64,000 bases of DNA from Isurus oxyrinchus (taxonomy: Eukaryota): NCBI GenBank assembly GCA_026770705.1, contig JANJGN010000039.1, positions 8,680,001 through 8,744,000 of the forward strand. Reading direction: 5' to 3'. The number at the start of each line of letters is the position of its first letter. Position 1 is the first letter of the stretch. The notes beneath the pieces were generated by a model. The model saw only the letters and a program-made list of their open reading frames with translations. It made no database searches and had not been told where the DNA came from. A program made the position numbers and the translations under genes. This document shows, piece after piece, positions 1-11,090 of the stretch.

Positions 1-780
1 ATCTCAATATTTCACGGTGTCTTCTTTTTCACTGGTGATGTTGCCGTCCCTGGAAATTTCGGAAGCGAGATGCAGAATTTCATTTGTAGTTGAGAGAAGT
101 GCGAGACATGTATTCTACAAACACATTGAATTTATTTAATACGTTTGCAGATGGATGTGTTTTAGAGTATTTAGTGAATTTAGGATTATGGTCACAGTAC
201 GGGAAGATCGATTTGAGATAGAAGATCACTTGATTGGTGGAGGAGGCTCGAAAGGACAATGACTTTCTCCAGCTCATGTTTTATATGTTCTCTCAATGTA
301 CATGCCGTCCTGGTTCTTATACGTCGTGAAGATTGCTCGTTTGGAATGTTCTATCAAGCTTTTAGCCACCACTGCAGTGCATCCTGTTGATTGTAGAGAC
401 GAGCAGCTATGTTCCCCGATTTTGTAGAGGGTCGTTTTTATTGCTGGTGGTTTGGGTGCCATCAATAGAATGTTTTGTTATTTGTCCTGTCCTTCCTCTT
501 GCTGAGTGTATTCCATAATAATTGACCTGCATGTTGCTGATATTTGAGAGGTTTAGGGAACGTCCAAAGCAAGGAAGCATTGATAGGTCTGGGTAGAATG
601 CTGTTCGGCTACAACTAGTGTATATGTCCACTGCAGACCAAAATTATGCAGGAAGTATGCAAAGGCACGAGGGCTGCTGTAGACAGTTCCACGGCAAAGG
701 TCCAAAGATGACAACATCTTTCATGTGGACTGAATGCGAAGTTGGGACAGTTTTCCTTGGAGAAGAAAAGCCAAACATGA
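1..780 (+). mobile_element. Possible very old piggyBac-like transposase remnant
   Basis: Degenerate motifs in the expected order: NLFNTF..LEYLVNLGL, TVREDR, IKLLATT, GGLGAINRM, and a C-terminal CCRQFHGKG..TSFMWTECEV. The catalytic Asp residues are not retained. Confidence 0.3.
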
Positions 781-1231
781 GGTCAAGAGGCTGTCAAAAA
801 ATGATCGGTCTGGAATGAGTACAAATGAAGAAATTACACCTTATTGTGGAGCTATCGAGAACCAATTTAAGGTGATTGAGCCAAGAAGCAAAATTGACAT
901 GAAGCACGCCTTCATTACACAGCAATTGCTCAGGAACTGGGATGGTCAGCAGAGAATCTCTTGGAAGCACATTCAACCTAGAAGACAATGTTCAAAAAGA
1001 CAAATGGATCATCGTTTGAAGAGGAAATGGTTGAAGGGCTACAGGGGGAAAGACTGATAATGGCACAGCATGTGCTGTTGTTGCAGAGGGCTGACACAGG
1101 CATGCTGGGCCGAATGCACTCCCGTGTTTTAAGCGATATAAGTTTCTATGATTTTTGAACTTTCAGAGGTTCATCCTGATCTACCGTTCACACAGAGACT
1201 GCTCTACGTTTTGCTTCCCTTTGCACTTCAC

Positions 1232-1241
1232 CCTCTCTCGC

Positions 1242-1275
<34 letters not shown>

Positions 1276-1286
1276 GCTCTCTCCCT
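1232..1286. repeat. (CT)n microsatellite
   Basis: Visible directly. Confidence 0.9.
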
Positions 1287-1764
1287 TTATATTTTCCTCT
1301 CTTATCCATCTTGTTCCTTCTTGCTTTCTCTCCACAAATCAATGTCACTAACCCACCATAGTCCCCAATCGCTTCCTGAATTCTGAACGTTACACCTGAT
1401 TAATTGTTTTCACCCGCCCGTCTCCTCTTGAACCATCCCCTTGCTGCTGCCATCCAACTTCCTGTGTTACTTTGTTGAATGATGAGATGCTTTGAAAAAA
1501 AAGCCAACATGTCTCTAAACAAGCATCCAGGCCTCCAGCCTGCTTCCATTTGGAAAAATGCAGCATATAATTATTCAATTTCAAGTACCAATGTACAAGA
1601 ATATCAAATGTAATGACACAAAAGCAATTTTTAATTGAACATTACACATCATTCCAGTTTGTTAAGCTATAGCTGTCTCGGTTTGCACAGTTTAAGGGGA
1701 GTACATGAGGTGCTGGAGGCCGGCTATGCTGAAGTCCTTTTGGAAGGTCTAATATACCTTTTAT

Positions 1765-2520
1765 AGAGTAAGTGACAGAACCCTTAATTGCATCCACGGG
1801 CAGAGGGATCTGGGTGTACAGGTCTACAGGTCACTGAAAGTGACAACGCAACTGGATAAGGTAGTCAGGAAGGCATATGGCATGCTTGCCTTCAATGGCA
1901 GGGGTATTGAGTATAAAAGCTCACAAGTCACGTTGCTGCTGTATAGAACCTTGGTGAGGGCACATTTGGAATATCGCGTGCAATTCTGGTCACCACGTTA
2001 CCAGAAGTATATGGAGGCGTTGGACAGGGTGCAGAGAGGTCTACCAGGCTTCTCCCTGTGCTTGAGGTTACTAGCTATGACGGGAATGTCGACAAACTAG
2101 GATTGTTCTCACTACAGCGACGGAGATGGAGGGGTGGCTTGACATAAGTTTACAAAATTATGACTGGCTTGGACAGAGTAGATAGTCAGAAGCTTTTTCC
2201 CGGGGTGGAAGAGTCAATTACTAGGTGACATAGATTTAAGGTGTGAGGAGAATACTACAACTGAGATGTGCGGGGCAAGTTGTTTTACACAGAGGGTATT
2301 CAATGTCTGGAATCTGCTGCCAGAGGAGGTGGTGGAAGTAGGTACGATAGGAGTGTTAAAGAGGCAGCTTGACAAATACATGAATAGGATGTGAATAGAG
2401 ATATTCGGACCCCAGAAGTTCAAAATATTTTAGTTGACGGGCTATATGATCGGTGCAGGCTTGGATGGCCGAAGTGCCTGTTGCTGTGCTGTACTTTTCT
2501 TTGTTCTTTGTTCTTTGTCC
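1765..2520 (+). mobile_element. CR1-type LINE, 3' end of ORF2 and tail
   Basis: RDLGVQV..KAYGMLAF.GRGIEYKS..LYRTLVR.HLEY.VQFWSP; FTQRV..WNLLPEEVVE; ends in ttctttg repeats. Confidence 0.88.
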
Positions 2521-2589
2521 TTTGAGTGTGCAGCATTGATCCATTGTCTCTGATATCTCATGACAGGTGGGAAAACAAGGGAAGGGAAA

Positions 2590-3185
2590 CGCCAGCTGAC
2601 TCCCACATACCACTGTCCAGAATCTGACCAGTGTTTAGTCCTGCATGTTAAGCACCACATGGAAGAAGAACTGTGCTTAGCAAGGGCACATAATGTTCTC
2701 TGCTTTGGGTCTGCATGTTCATCACTAATAGTGACTCATGGTCACTGTTACTGACCAAGGAGACCGAGCCTTGAAAGCCGGAATAGGCCTGAGGCAGATG
2801 AACCAACACGAAGGAACCTTCTACTCAACATCATCCTCACCAATATACCTCCTGCCGATGCATGTGTCCCTGACATTCTGTGACCTTGTGACGACGGGAT
2901 ACTGTCTTCTCAATGAAGACACGCTCCGTTGTGTTCTCTTGCACCCATTTCTTTCAAAAGGTTGGATTCAGAACAGACCAGACAGCTCAAATCTCAACTT
3001 CCACAAGGAACACTGGGTCATCTGCAGCAGTAACATTAACTTCAAACGCAACCTGCAGGGCCTTGGTCTGGCATATTCCTGACACCACCATAACCTTGAA
3101 GGCAAGGGATCAAGCCTGACTCACTGACGAATGCAGGAGAGAGTTTCAAGAGCAAAACCAGGCATATCGAAAAGATAATGATGTT
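2590..3185 (+). mobile_element. Highly decayed Penelope-like element 3' end (GIY-YIG C-terminus and hammerhead-like core)
   Basis: ESDQCLVLHVKHH..SACSS..HGH and RALKAGIGLRQMNQHEGTFY resemble the GETxRxLxxRxKEH..SA..H and KEAIxI..MNRDEG motifs. These are followed by CTGACGA-ATGC..GCAT..GAAA at 3124-3172. Confidence 0.35.
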
Positions 3186-3739
3186 CTAACCTTTTTGTTG
3201 CTTAAGATAGCATTTCTACTGTACATAATGTTAGTGATGAAATTCCTCGATAGGTATGTATTATTGTATTATTGATAAGATGCCTTTGAATTGGCATCTC
3301 TTTAACAGTAAAACTGTTTTCAAGTATCTTTTAGGAGATGACAAAGAGGAGGTATGAACTGAGAGCGCATTTGGCCACACTTTTCAGTTGGTCTCCAATG
3401 GGTCCAGCATCAGCATTATGCAGGAGCCAGAAAGTGAATGCTGACCGGATGGAAGAATAGCCTGAGGAATCCATTTGTAAGGATTGGGCGCATGTGATGG
3501 GGAATTCGTTGCAGGACAGTCGGGAACACTCTGCACCTGGAGAAGAATGAAAATACCAGGTACAAGCTAACGTTAGTTTGCTGAAGGGAAGCCAGATGCA
3601 TTGTTCCCATTGCTTAAGAATCTTAAATATTCGGGTAGAATAGAATGAAACTGGAAATGCATAAGATATTCTCGCTGCTTAGTGAGACTCGCAAAGTGAC
3701 ACACAGACCCACAAAGGGTGGCAGAGTGTATGCATCTTA

Positions 3740-4480
3740 TGGTGCAGGCAGAACACGTTGCTTTTAGCAAGGTGGTGTCAGGACCCCATGTACTGGGACC
3801 CAGCTTGCAATCTCTGAGTTTGGCTTTGAGATTTCAGACATTCCATAGTGGAGCTTCCTGTGCTCACCGACTGTGGCGTTTTATTGCGTAGGCATTATCC
3901 AGATGAACCACATGACTTGCCCAGGCAACCGGGGCACTAATGAACATATTTACAATGTCAGGCATGCTGCACTTTACAAGATTATCGGTTTTGCGGATTT
4001 GGTCCTGCCAACAACCGTTGGAAATGGTTCATGGACAGCGAAGTAGGCAAGTTTTCATTAGCTTTGAAAGAGGCCAAAAAGTTATGCAAGTTTCGCACTG
4101 ATATGAAAGTGATTTAAAAAACATTGCCTGGAACGACTTGATCTTCCATCTGAGGGAAATTCCTTGTTTTCTTTGCAGAAGTCAGTGAGTGAAGCCTGCC
4201 AAGTGCCGAGCTTGTTTATGTCAGGCGATGGGTAATTTGCCCATCCAGTTAGTGCCCTTGGATTGCATGCTGCCAAGTTAGCAACACTTCCGCAAAGAAC
4301 AGAGGAGCGTGCTGTTCAAAGCGGCTGTGGCGTCTTGGAGCACGTGACCAGCAACAGTTTGATACAGCATTTCTATCCTCAGATATATTGTCAATGGAAA
4401 GCATTCTGAGTTTGCAGCAAAGCTCTCAGCATGCAGCAAAATGTATACTGATCCTGTGCTACAAGTGCACAATGGTCCGT
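3740..4480 (-). mobile_element. Decayed RTE-type LINE, reverse transcriptase C-terminal region
   Basis: The minus strand reads LSYQCET..LLRC..WQDQI..MPDI..WASHVVHL, resembling LLYGCETW..RCLR..WQDxI..WAGHVVRM. Paralog at about 42900-43650. Confidence 0.6.
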
Positions 4481-6661
4481 GAATAAGGCATCCACCTGTA
4501 GCTTTCCAGTAACCTCTGTGCTAGGATTTAATTTTGGCTCTTTGAAAAGGCTGCCTGTGGTCCTGAAATGAATGTGTAATCCTGTGTCAAGCTCTTTGAG
4601 TGCATGCCTGGAGATTGACCGGCAAATGTATGAAAAACCGAGCTGGAGCTACTAAACACCCTTATCTGGTGCCGCAAGTGACATGAAATGGGTTCCCACT
4701 GATCAGCGACTTTGCATCGATCTGATTATGACACCATCACCAAAGAGCGAATGACACTGATCATCTGTTCAGGGCTGTCACATATTCATGGCTGTGTTGG
4801 ATAGTTTATTGACCAATACGGGAGACTAGGGTCATAAGGATATAAGTGTGTGATGTGACGGAGGTGGCGGACGGGGGCGGTGTACAGCGTTGGTTGGGGG
4901 AGAGCAGGCACGAGAGCGGGACTGAGGCCACGATCAGATAAACCATGAGCTTTCCGAGTTGCAGAACAGGCTCAATGGGCCGAATGACCTACTGACCTTA
5001 ACTATTCTGTTTTTGGTGCGGGTTTGAAATGCGCCCCACACAAAAGCTGGATGCGCCGTCGATTCTGAGACATTATAATCACTGCATCCATCTGCTAATG
5101 ATTATCTGCTGAAGAAATTTGAGGGCCAGGAGTTAAATGTTAAGCATGGAATACACTGCCAACCATGTACTCTCGATATCCCATTAATTTATTCAAAACA
5201 TTGTTTTTCATTCAGTTCAAGCATCACTCTGGATGGAGTATGTGAGTGAGTGAGCAGGAGGATTGCATGGCATGGGGAATCGTTAGTGAGAGTGTATGGG
5301 TGCGGATTGACTTGAACGCATTATTTGTACATCTTTCAGTTGAGAAAACAAAAGCCTTCTCCATACACTTTCTATTGCGCATCAGGTTACCACCAACACA
5401 AACCTTCCTGGCCCTGTGGTTGTGTTTATAATTTCCAGGCAGAATGTTGCACATTTATGTACAACGACACAGAATGTAGGTCAAGTCACTGATGGAACTG
5501 TCATTGCCAGAGAAATCCACGGGGATATATGTGCAGTGTATCAGTGCCCCCTGGAAGATTAAATGAAAAAGACATCCCTCAGTCATGTGCCCTGTTGGAA
5601 CATAGAATGGGTACCGAAACACAAAACGGTGGTGAACATATGAAATTTTCCCACTACTTCTCCTAGTGGTTCAGGCCGATTATGTTTCCTCGAATCATTT
5701 TGATATAAATTAATAGCGATTTGATCTATCCGTTGCACGGTAAAATATAGCCCCTTCAACTGTATTGTCCGAACATTTCAATGTTTGTCGTTTCACTTCG
5801 AAACGGTTCCTTAGAGAGAGAGAGCGACTGACATAACCTGTTTATTCAATGATTGAAACTAATTGATTTATTTAAGGTAATGCGCTCAAGGGGATTTATC
5901 TCCTGTGTACATAATAGTTTCTCTGATTGCCACATTTCATGTTTCCCAACGGGCTCGGTGCATCTGTTTCAACAGGAGTTTGTGCTTCTCACTGAACATA
6001 TAATTGGTTGTACTTCATCAGATACGGGCCAATTACAAACTCATTCTCGAAGCTCTCGTTTTCCGATGTACGTTTAAAAGACTCTCTGACTAAGTACTTA
6101 ATTTTATAGCTTTCTTTCCATTCGTGGATTAGGGCAACGCTGGCAAGGCCAACATTTATTGCCCATCTCTAACTCCCCTTGTGAAGTGGGTGGTGAGCTG
6201 CTGCGGTCTTTATGATGCAGTTACATCCACGGTATTTTTTTTTGTGGGGTGGGGGGGTGGGTCGGGTTCCATTGATTTGATACAGAGACATTGAAGGAAC
6301 GGCGATATTTTTCTGAACCAGGACGATGAGTGGCTGGGGGAGGGACGTTCAGCTAATTTCGTTCCCATGTTCTTGTTGCCTTTGTCTTTCTGGATCGTAG
6401 CGGCCGTGGGTTTGATTAGTTAACTAAGCGGCTTAATGTTGCCTTTGTCTGTTCCCTGCTACGAATGCTGTCCTGGCAGTTTTACCCGGGTGCTCTAGAT
6501 TAATTGATGTGACATCTCCTTCTGATTCTCCTGCGATTTTAACTTTCTTCTCTTATTTTCCTGAAATGAATTTAAAGAGGAAGAGGATTCCCACGTTTCA
6601 GCTCACACATTCATTCCATCTTGTGCATCCATCTCTGCAGCAAAGTCATCTCCTCATAAAG

Positions 6662-6731
6662 ATGGGAGAACAGATACTTCGGCAGATAAAAACCATTTCC
6701 TATCCTATTCTCGCGGCTATTGGTGTTCCTG
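6662..6731 (+). pseudogene. GPR139/GPR142-like GPCR pseudogene: exon 1
   Basis: MGEQILRQIKTISYPILAAIGVP then G|GTAAAA donor at 6732; direct paralog of 45860-45929. Confidence 0.85.
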
Positions 6732-7899
6732 GTAAAAGCCTAAATGCAATCATTACCCGAGTAAATGGATGTTCACGTTCTTCTCAAACGCCAGTCCCAA
6801 TAACATGGAGTTGATTCTTTACTGTTGGGGAGTCATCAAAGCAGGGATGTATGTTTAACCATAACGTTAACGGATTTCTTCCTGTTGTTGTATCTTACAC
6901 TCCGTGGTCACCACTGCTGACACCTTATTCTTGCTTTACGGAATGTCATGTAACAAGCTGGTCTCTGCAATAATTATAATTATCAAGTGCAAACCGAGTA
7001 TGAGCTTGTAGAAAACACAATCTGTGAAAATCAGTGCAGAAGCAAATACGCATTATGCAAAATTCTGCTTAAAATACTTGAAGCCGTTGCCAATGGTTTT
7101 CATTTATTTTCCAATATTTAAAGGAACTGAATCCCTGTGAAATCACATATTTGTTACTACAACGATACTTTTACAAATCTGTATGCAGAGAGGATCTCTG
7201 GAAGTCTGGCTGAAACAGATTACTGTGTGTGCTGAAGGCATTCCGATGTCTTAGTCACTTGTCTCTTGAAATACATGCATTTCCACAACCTCATTTATCG
7301 ACCACCTTAATGAATTTACATGTAGTGTAGTCACTGACGTAACGCAAAAGGGGACAGGCAATTTGTGGTCGGGAAGCTTCCACAAGCAGCAAGATGGCAA
7401 TGACCAAATTATACGTTTTGTGGGATTTAACAGAGGTGTAAATAGTTGTTAGGACGCACGGGGTCACGACAGTCTCGATCTTCGAAATAGGGGCATGGAA
7501 TCTTTGACGTTTACCCTGTGAAACAATTTGACATCTGTTCTGAAAGTTATTACATCCGATAGTGTAGAACAACTTCACTACGGCAAAGGCACATTAGCTG
7601 AGACTTTTGTCCTCAAGTACTGAAGCCGGACATAAGTATTGAAACATTTATCCCAGCACGGAGATTGTGAACTGAGCCATAAGTGATCCGATTTTGGAAC
7701 AACTATGCTCCCTGGGTAGCTATATGGTTCTCATTATTCTGCTCATTTCAATTTCTAGCCTTACACTTCCTGCTGTTGTAAACCCTGCTTCTAAATCTAA
7801 CTTAATTACAATGAGAATTGCAGTAGATTGATATTAACCATTGTCCGAATCCCCTGTAGCTTTGGAAAACTCACATTGCCACGTTTCATGGTGGCACTG

Positions 7900-8420
7900 A
7901 CAGAAGGACATAAGAGCACAGGAAATATCAGTAGAAGTTGATCATTTGGCCGCACGAATGAGCTCCACTACTCAAGTCTATCATGGCTGAAATTATGTCT
8001 CCACGACATTCCATGCACTATCTCATATATTTCGATGCATTTTATATTGAGAAATTGCTTCATCAGCACCTTCATCATACTCAATGACTGCCCATCTGCC
8101 GAGGTTGCAGTACATAATTTCGAACATTTACCCCTCCCTCAGTGATTAAATTATTCCTCATCATAATCCTAAATGCAGTCCTCTTATTGTGATATTGCTT
8201 TTCCTGCTTTTAGACACACCAGCCAGCGGAATGATCCATCCAATATCGACATCACCAAAATTTATAAGAAGGGTGAATGCTTCAGTGAGATCACTTCTCA
8301 TTTGCCAATGCTCCAGAAAGCCGAGGATTAGTCTCGTCAATGTCTCCATATTGGACAATCCCAGCTAAATCCCCGTAATGCGATAAGTAATTTGTTGAAC
8401 ATTCCTTGTCGCAGAGCTAC
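7900..8420 (-). mobile_element. Decayed CR1 3' fragment
   Basis: RLILGFLEHWQMRSDLTEAFTLL resembles RLGLFSLExRRxRGDLIExxKI. Paralog at about 47070-47580. Confidence 0.6.
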
Positions 8421-8692
8421 ACTAAAGGAGCAAAGTAGAATGTTTGACTGGCATCAGAAACATCACCATAAACAGTCCAGATGAAAATTGCAGAGTTGCG
8501 GATAGACTGGGCTTGGCGTTACAAGTTAAGGGTGTGCACAAATCAGCTGCAGCTAATGGTCCACAATGCCTCGTGAATGCCCATTTTTGAGTTGTTAATC
8601 AAGGGGAAACCTACCCCATTCAGGACAATGGTTGTCTCACACAATACGATGGAGGGAAGCCCCATTGTGAAGGCGGAATTCATTTGTACAAG

Positions 8693-8921
8693 ACAAAAAC
8701 AGAATTAACTGGAAAAACTCAGCAGGTCTGGCAGCATCGGCGGAGAAGAAAAGAGTTGACGTTTCGAGTCCTCATGATCCTTCGACAAGTTCAGTCGAAG
8801 GATCATGAGGACTCGAAACGTCAACTCTTTTCTTCTCCGCCGATGCTGCCAGACCTGCTGAGTTTTTCCAGGTAATTCTGTTTTTGTTTTGGATTTCCAG
8901 CATCCGCAGTTTATTGTTTTT
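8693..8921 (+). mobile_element. Young palindromic Penelope-type non-autonomous insertion
   Basis: 94-bp inverted arms (8693-8786 and 8794-8887, one mismatch), a 7-nt loop and a T-rich tail. A 15-bp TSD ATTCATTTGTACAAG lies at 8678-8692 and 8922-8936. The element is absent from the paralogous site near 47870. Confidence 0.8.
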
Positions 8922-9559
8922 ATTCATTTGTACAAGGACGTGCAGTGGTCCATCATATCAATTCTTAAATAGACAGATGCACCTTTTGGTGGCTAGGTTT
9001 GTGGAGCGAATTCACGTAGAGTTTTGCAGCTGGTTGGTTCCCTGACCACCTACCAAAGTCCTAATCTAGCATTTATCTTTATGACTCTGCCAGCTCGGAC
9101 ATTATTGATGCTACCGATCCTCTCTTGCTCACAGACTTCGAGGTCCCCGATGGAAAGCTTTTTTTAATTCTGTCTCCCTAAAACGTCGGCCATTGATGAT
9201 CATTGATTCATCCGCTGAGGTGACCGTGTCAGTTGAAGCGGACATTCATTACTCATGTGTTACGTGATGTCATGAGATGTCACTTAAGTACCTCGTGTAC
9301 TGAAGGATATGGAAAGTGGTGCACGCTGAAAGTGTTGCAAAATGGTATTTAGGAAAGCAGTAATAGAGTTGAGCGTACCGACAAATTGGGTGGATATATT
9401 ATGTTTTAGATAAGATAATTCCACTCAGATGTTTGCTGAAGATTCGTATGAACTTTAAAAACAGGAAGATGAATTATTCAGATAAGGATAAACAGCTCGA
9501 ATCATTAAATTTATAGAATGATTGCAAATCAAGCAATCAGCTTTGTTCTGGGTTAAGTC

Positions 9560-11090
9560 AATATCCTTGAATTCTACTGGAGGGTAAATCATCCAGACAG
9601 GTGTAGCATATCCCATCACATTCCTGATTTGTGCATTTTAGATGGAGGTAAGGTTTTGGAGAGTCAGGGGTGTGTTGCTCACTACAACATTTTCAGATTC
9701 TGACCTGCCCTTCGAGTCACAGATTCCTGTCAATGGTTTGTCCAAGGATGTTGAAAACGGGGGCTTAAGCGCTGGCAATGCCAGTAAATTTCAAGGTATT
9801 TTGTTGGCTGTTCTTTTCGTGCAGATGGTCATTTCCTGTCAATTTTGCGGGGCGAATATTACTTGTCATTTTTCAGCACAAGTCTGGCTGTTGCCCAGGA
9901 CTTGATGCACATGGGCACGGATTTGATCAGCATCTGTTGAGTCGTGAACGATGCAGAACGTTGAACAATTTTCAGCGGATATAACCTCCCCTCACTTTCC
10001 CACACACTCCCCACTACATCAGCCTCCTACTGTGTTTCAAATGGAGAGAACAGAATTGATGCAGCAGCTTAAGATGGAAGGTCTCAGGACACTGCCCTCA
10101 GTCTGTCGTCCAGTTATCTCATGGGGCTGAGATGATGCACCTGCAAAAGAAAATAAAAATTAAAAAATAAATTATTTTTGCTTGGTATGAGTTCACTCAG
10201 TAGGGAAGTTGCCGCTTATTCTTATTGACCACAATTCTTATACCCCTCCTTGATATCTCAGTGTGATAACTGATGTGTTGATATAATACACAGCCACTCA
10301 TTCCTCATCTTATAAGTACGGCACCTGTGTCCATGCTTCGAGGAAGGCCGAACCAGGAGTTGGAGCTCGCACGAAGCAAAAAGTGAGCATCAGTGAACAG
10401 TTTGCTGCTGAGTATTTGGCGATTGAACGCATTTTCTATGATGCTTTTCATCACATTGATCCTGATGAAATGTAGGCTGATGGGGCTGTACTTAGATTGG
10501 TTGGATTTGTCGTGATTATTTTTGGATAGGCATACCTGTGAAAATTCTCAAAGTTTCTCATAGATGCCAAAGGTTTAGATGCGCCATACCAGCATCGATA
10601 GGAAGGCTTATTCAGGAGCAGTGATCCGCCGTACTATTGGCATTATGTAAAAGGACCTGTAACCTCTTCATCATCCAGTTCCTTCAGTCATTCCTTAAAT
10701 CCGAGTGCTGAGAATCACATTGTATGAAGACTGGCATCTGTGATGCTTGTCATCCGTAAGAGGAGGCCGGATGGTTCATCCACCCGTCACTTCAGGGTGA
10801 ATGTGGCTGCAAATTCTTCTGTCATGTATATGCACTGGTGTGCTGCGCTCCACAGTCATTGCCGATGGGGATATTGGTGGAGAGCCGTCCACCAGTGAGG
10901 TGCAGAATTTTCCACAACCATTAAAGGTGACTGTGACAGGACTTCAGAGCTGAGCTTTCGTTATTTTGTAGGGGGATCAATGAGCCCTGTCTTTCTCATG
11001 CTGAATACGCTGTTTTGCTTGCAAGTAGCCCCGGCTTGAAATTCACCAGGTTAAGCCATGTTGTTAGCTTTGCTTGCTGCTGTTTTAGAC
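9560..11090 (-). mobile_element. Decayed LINE ORF2 (CR1/L2 group), same family as 24720-26260
   Basis: Reverse-complement similarity to 24720-25850 and 60780-62050. Mostly missing from duplication copy 2. Confidence 0.6.
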
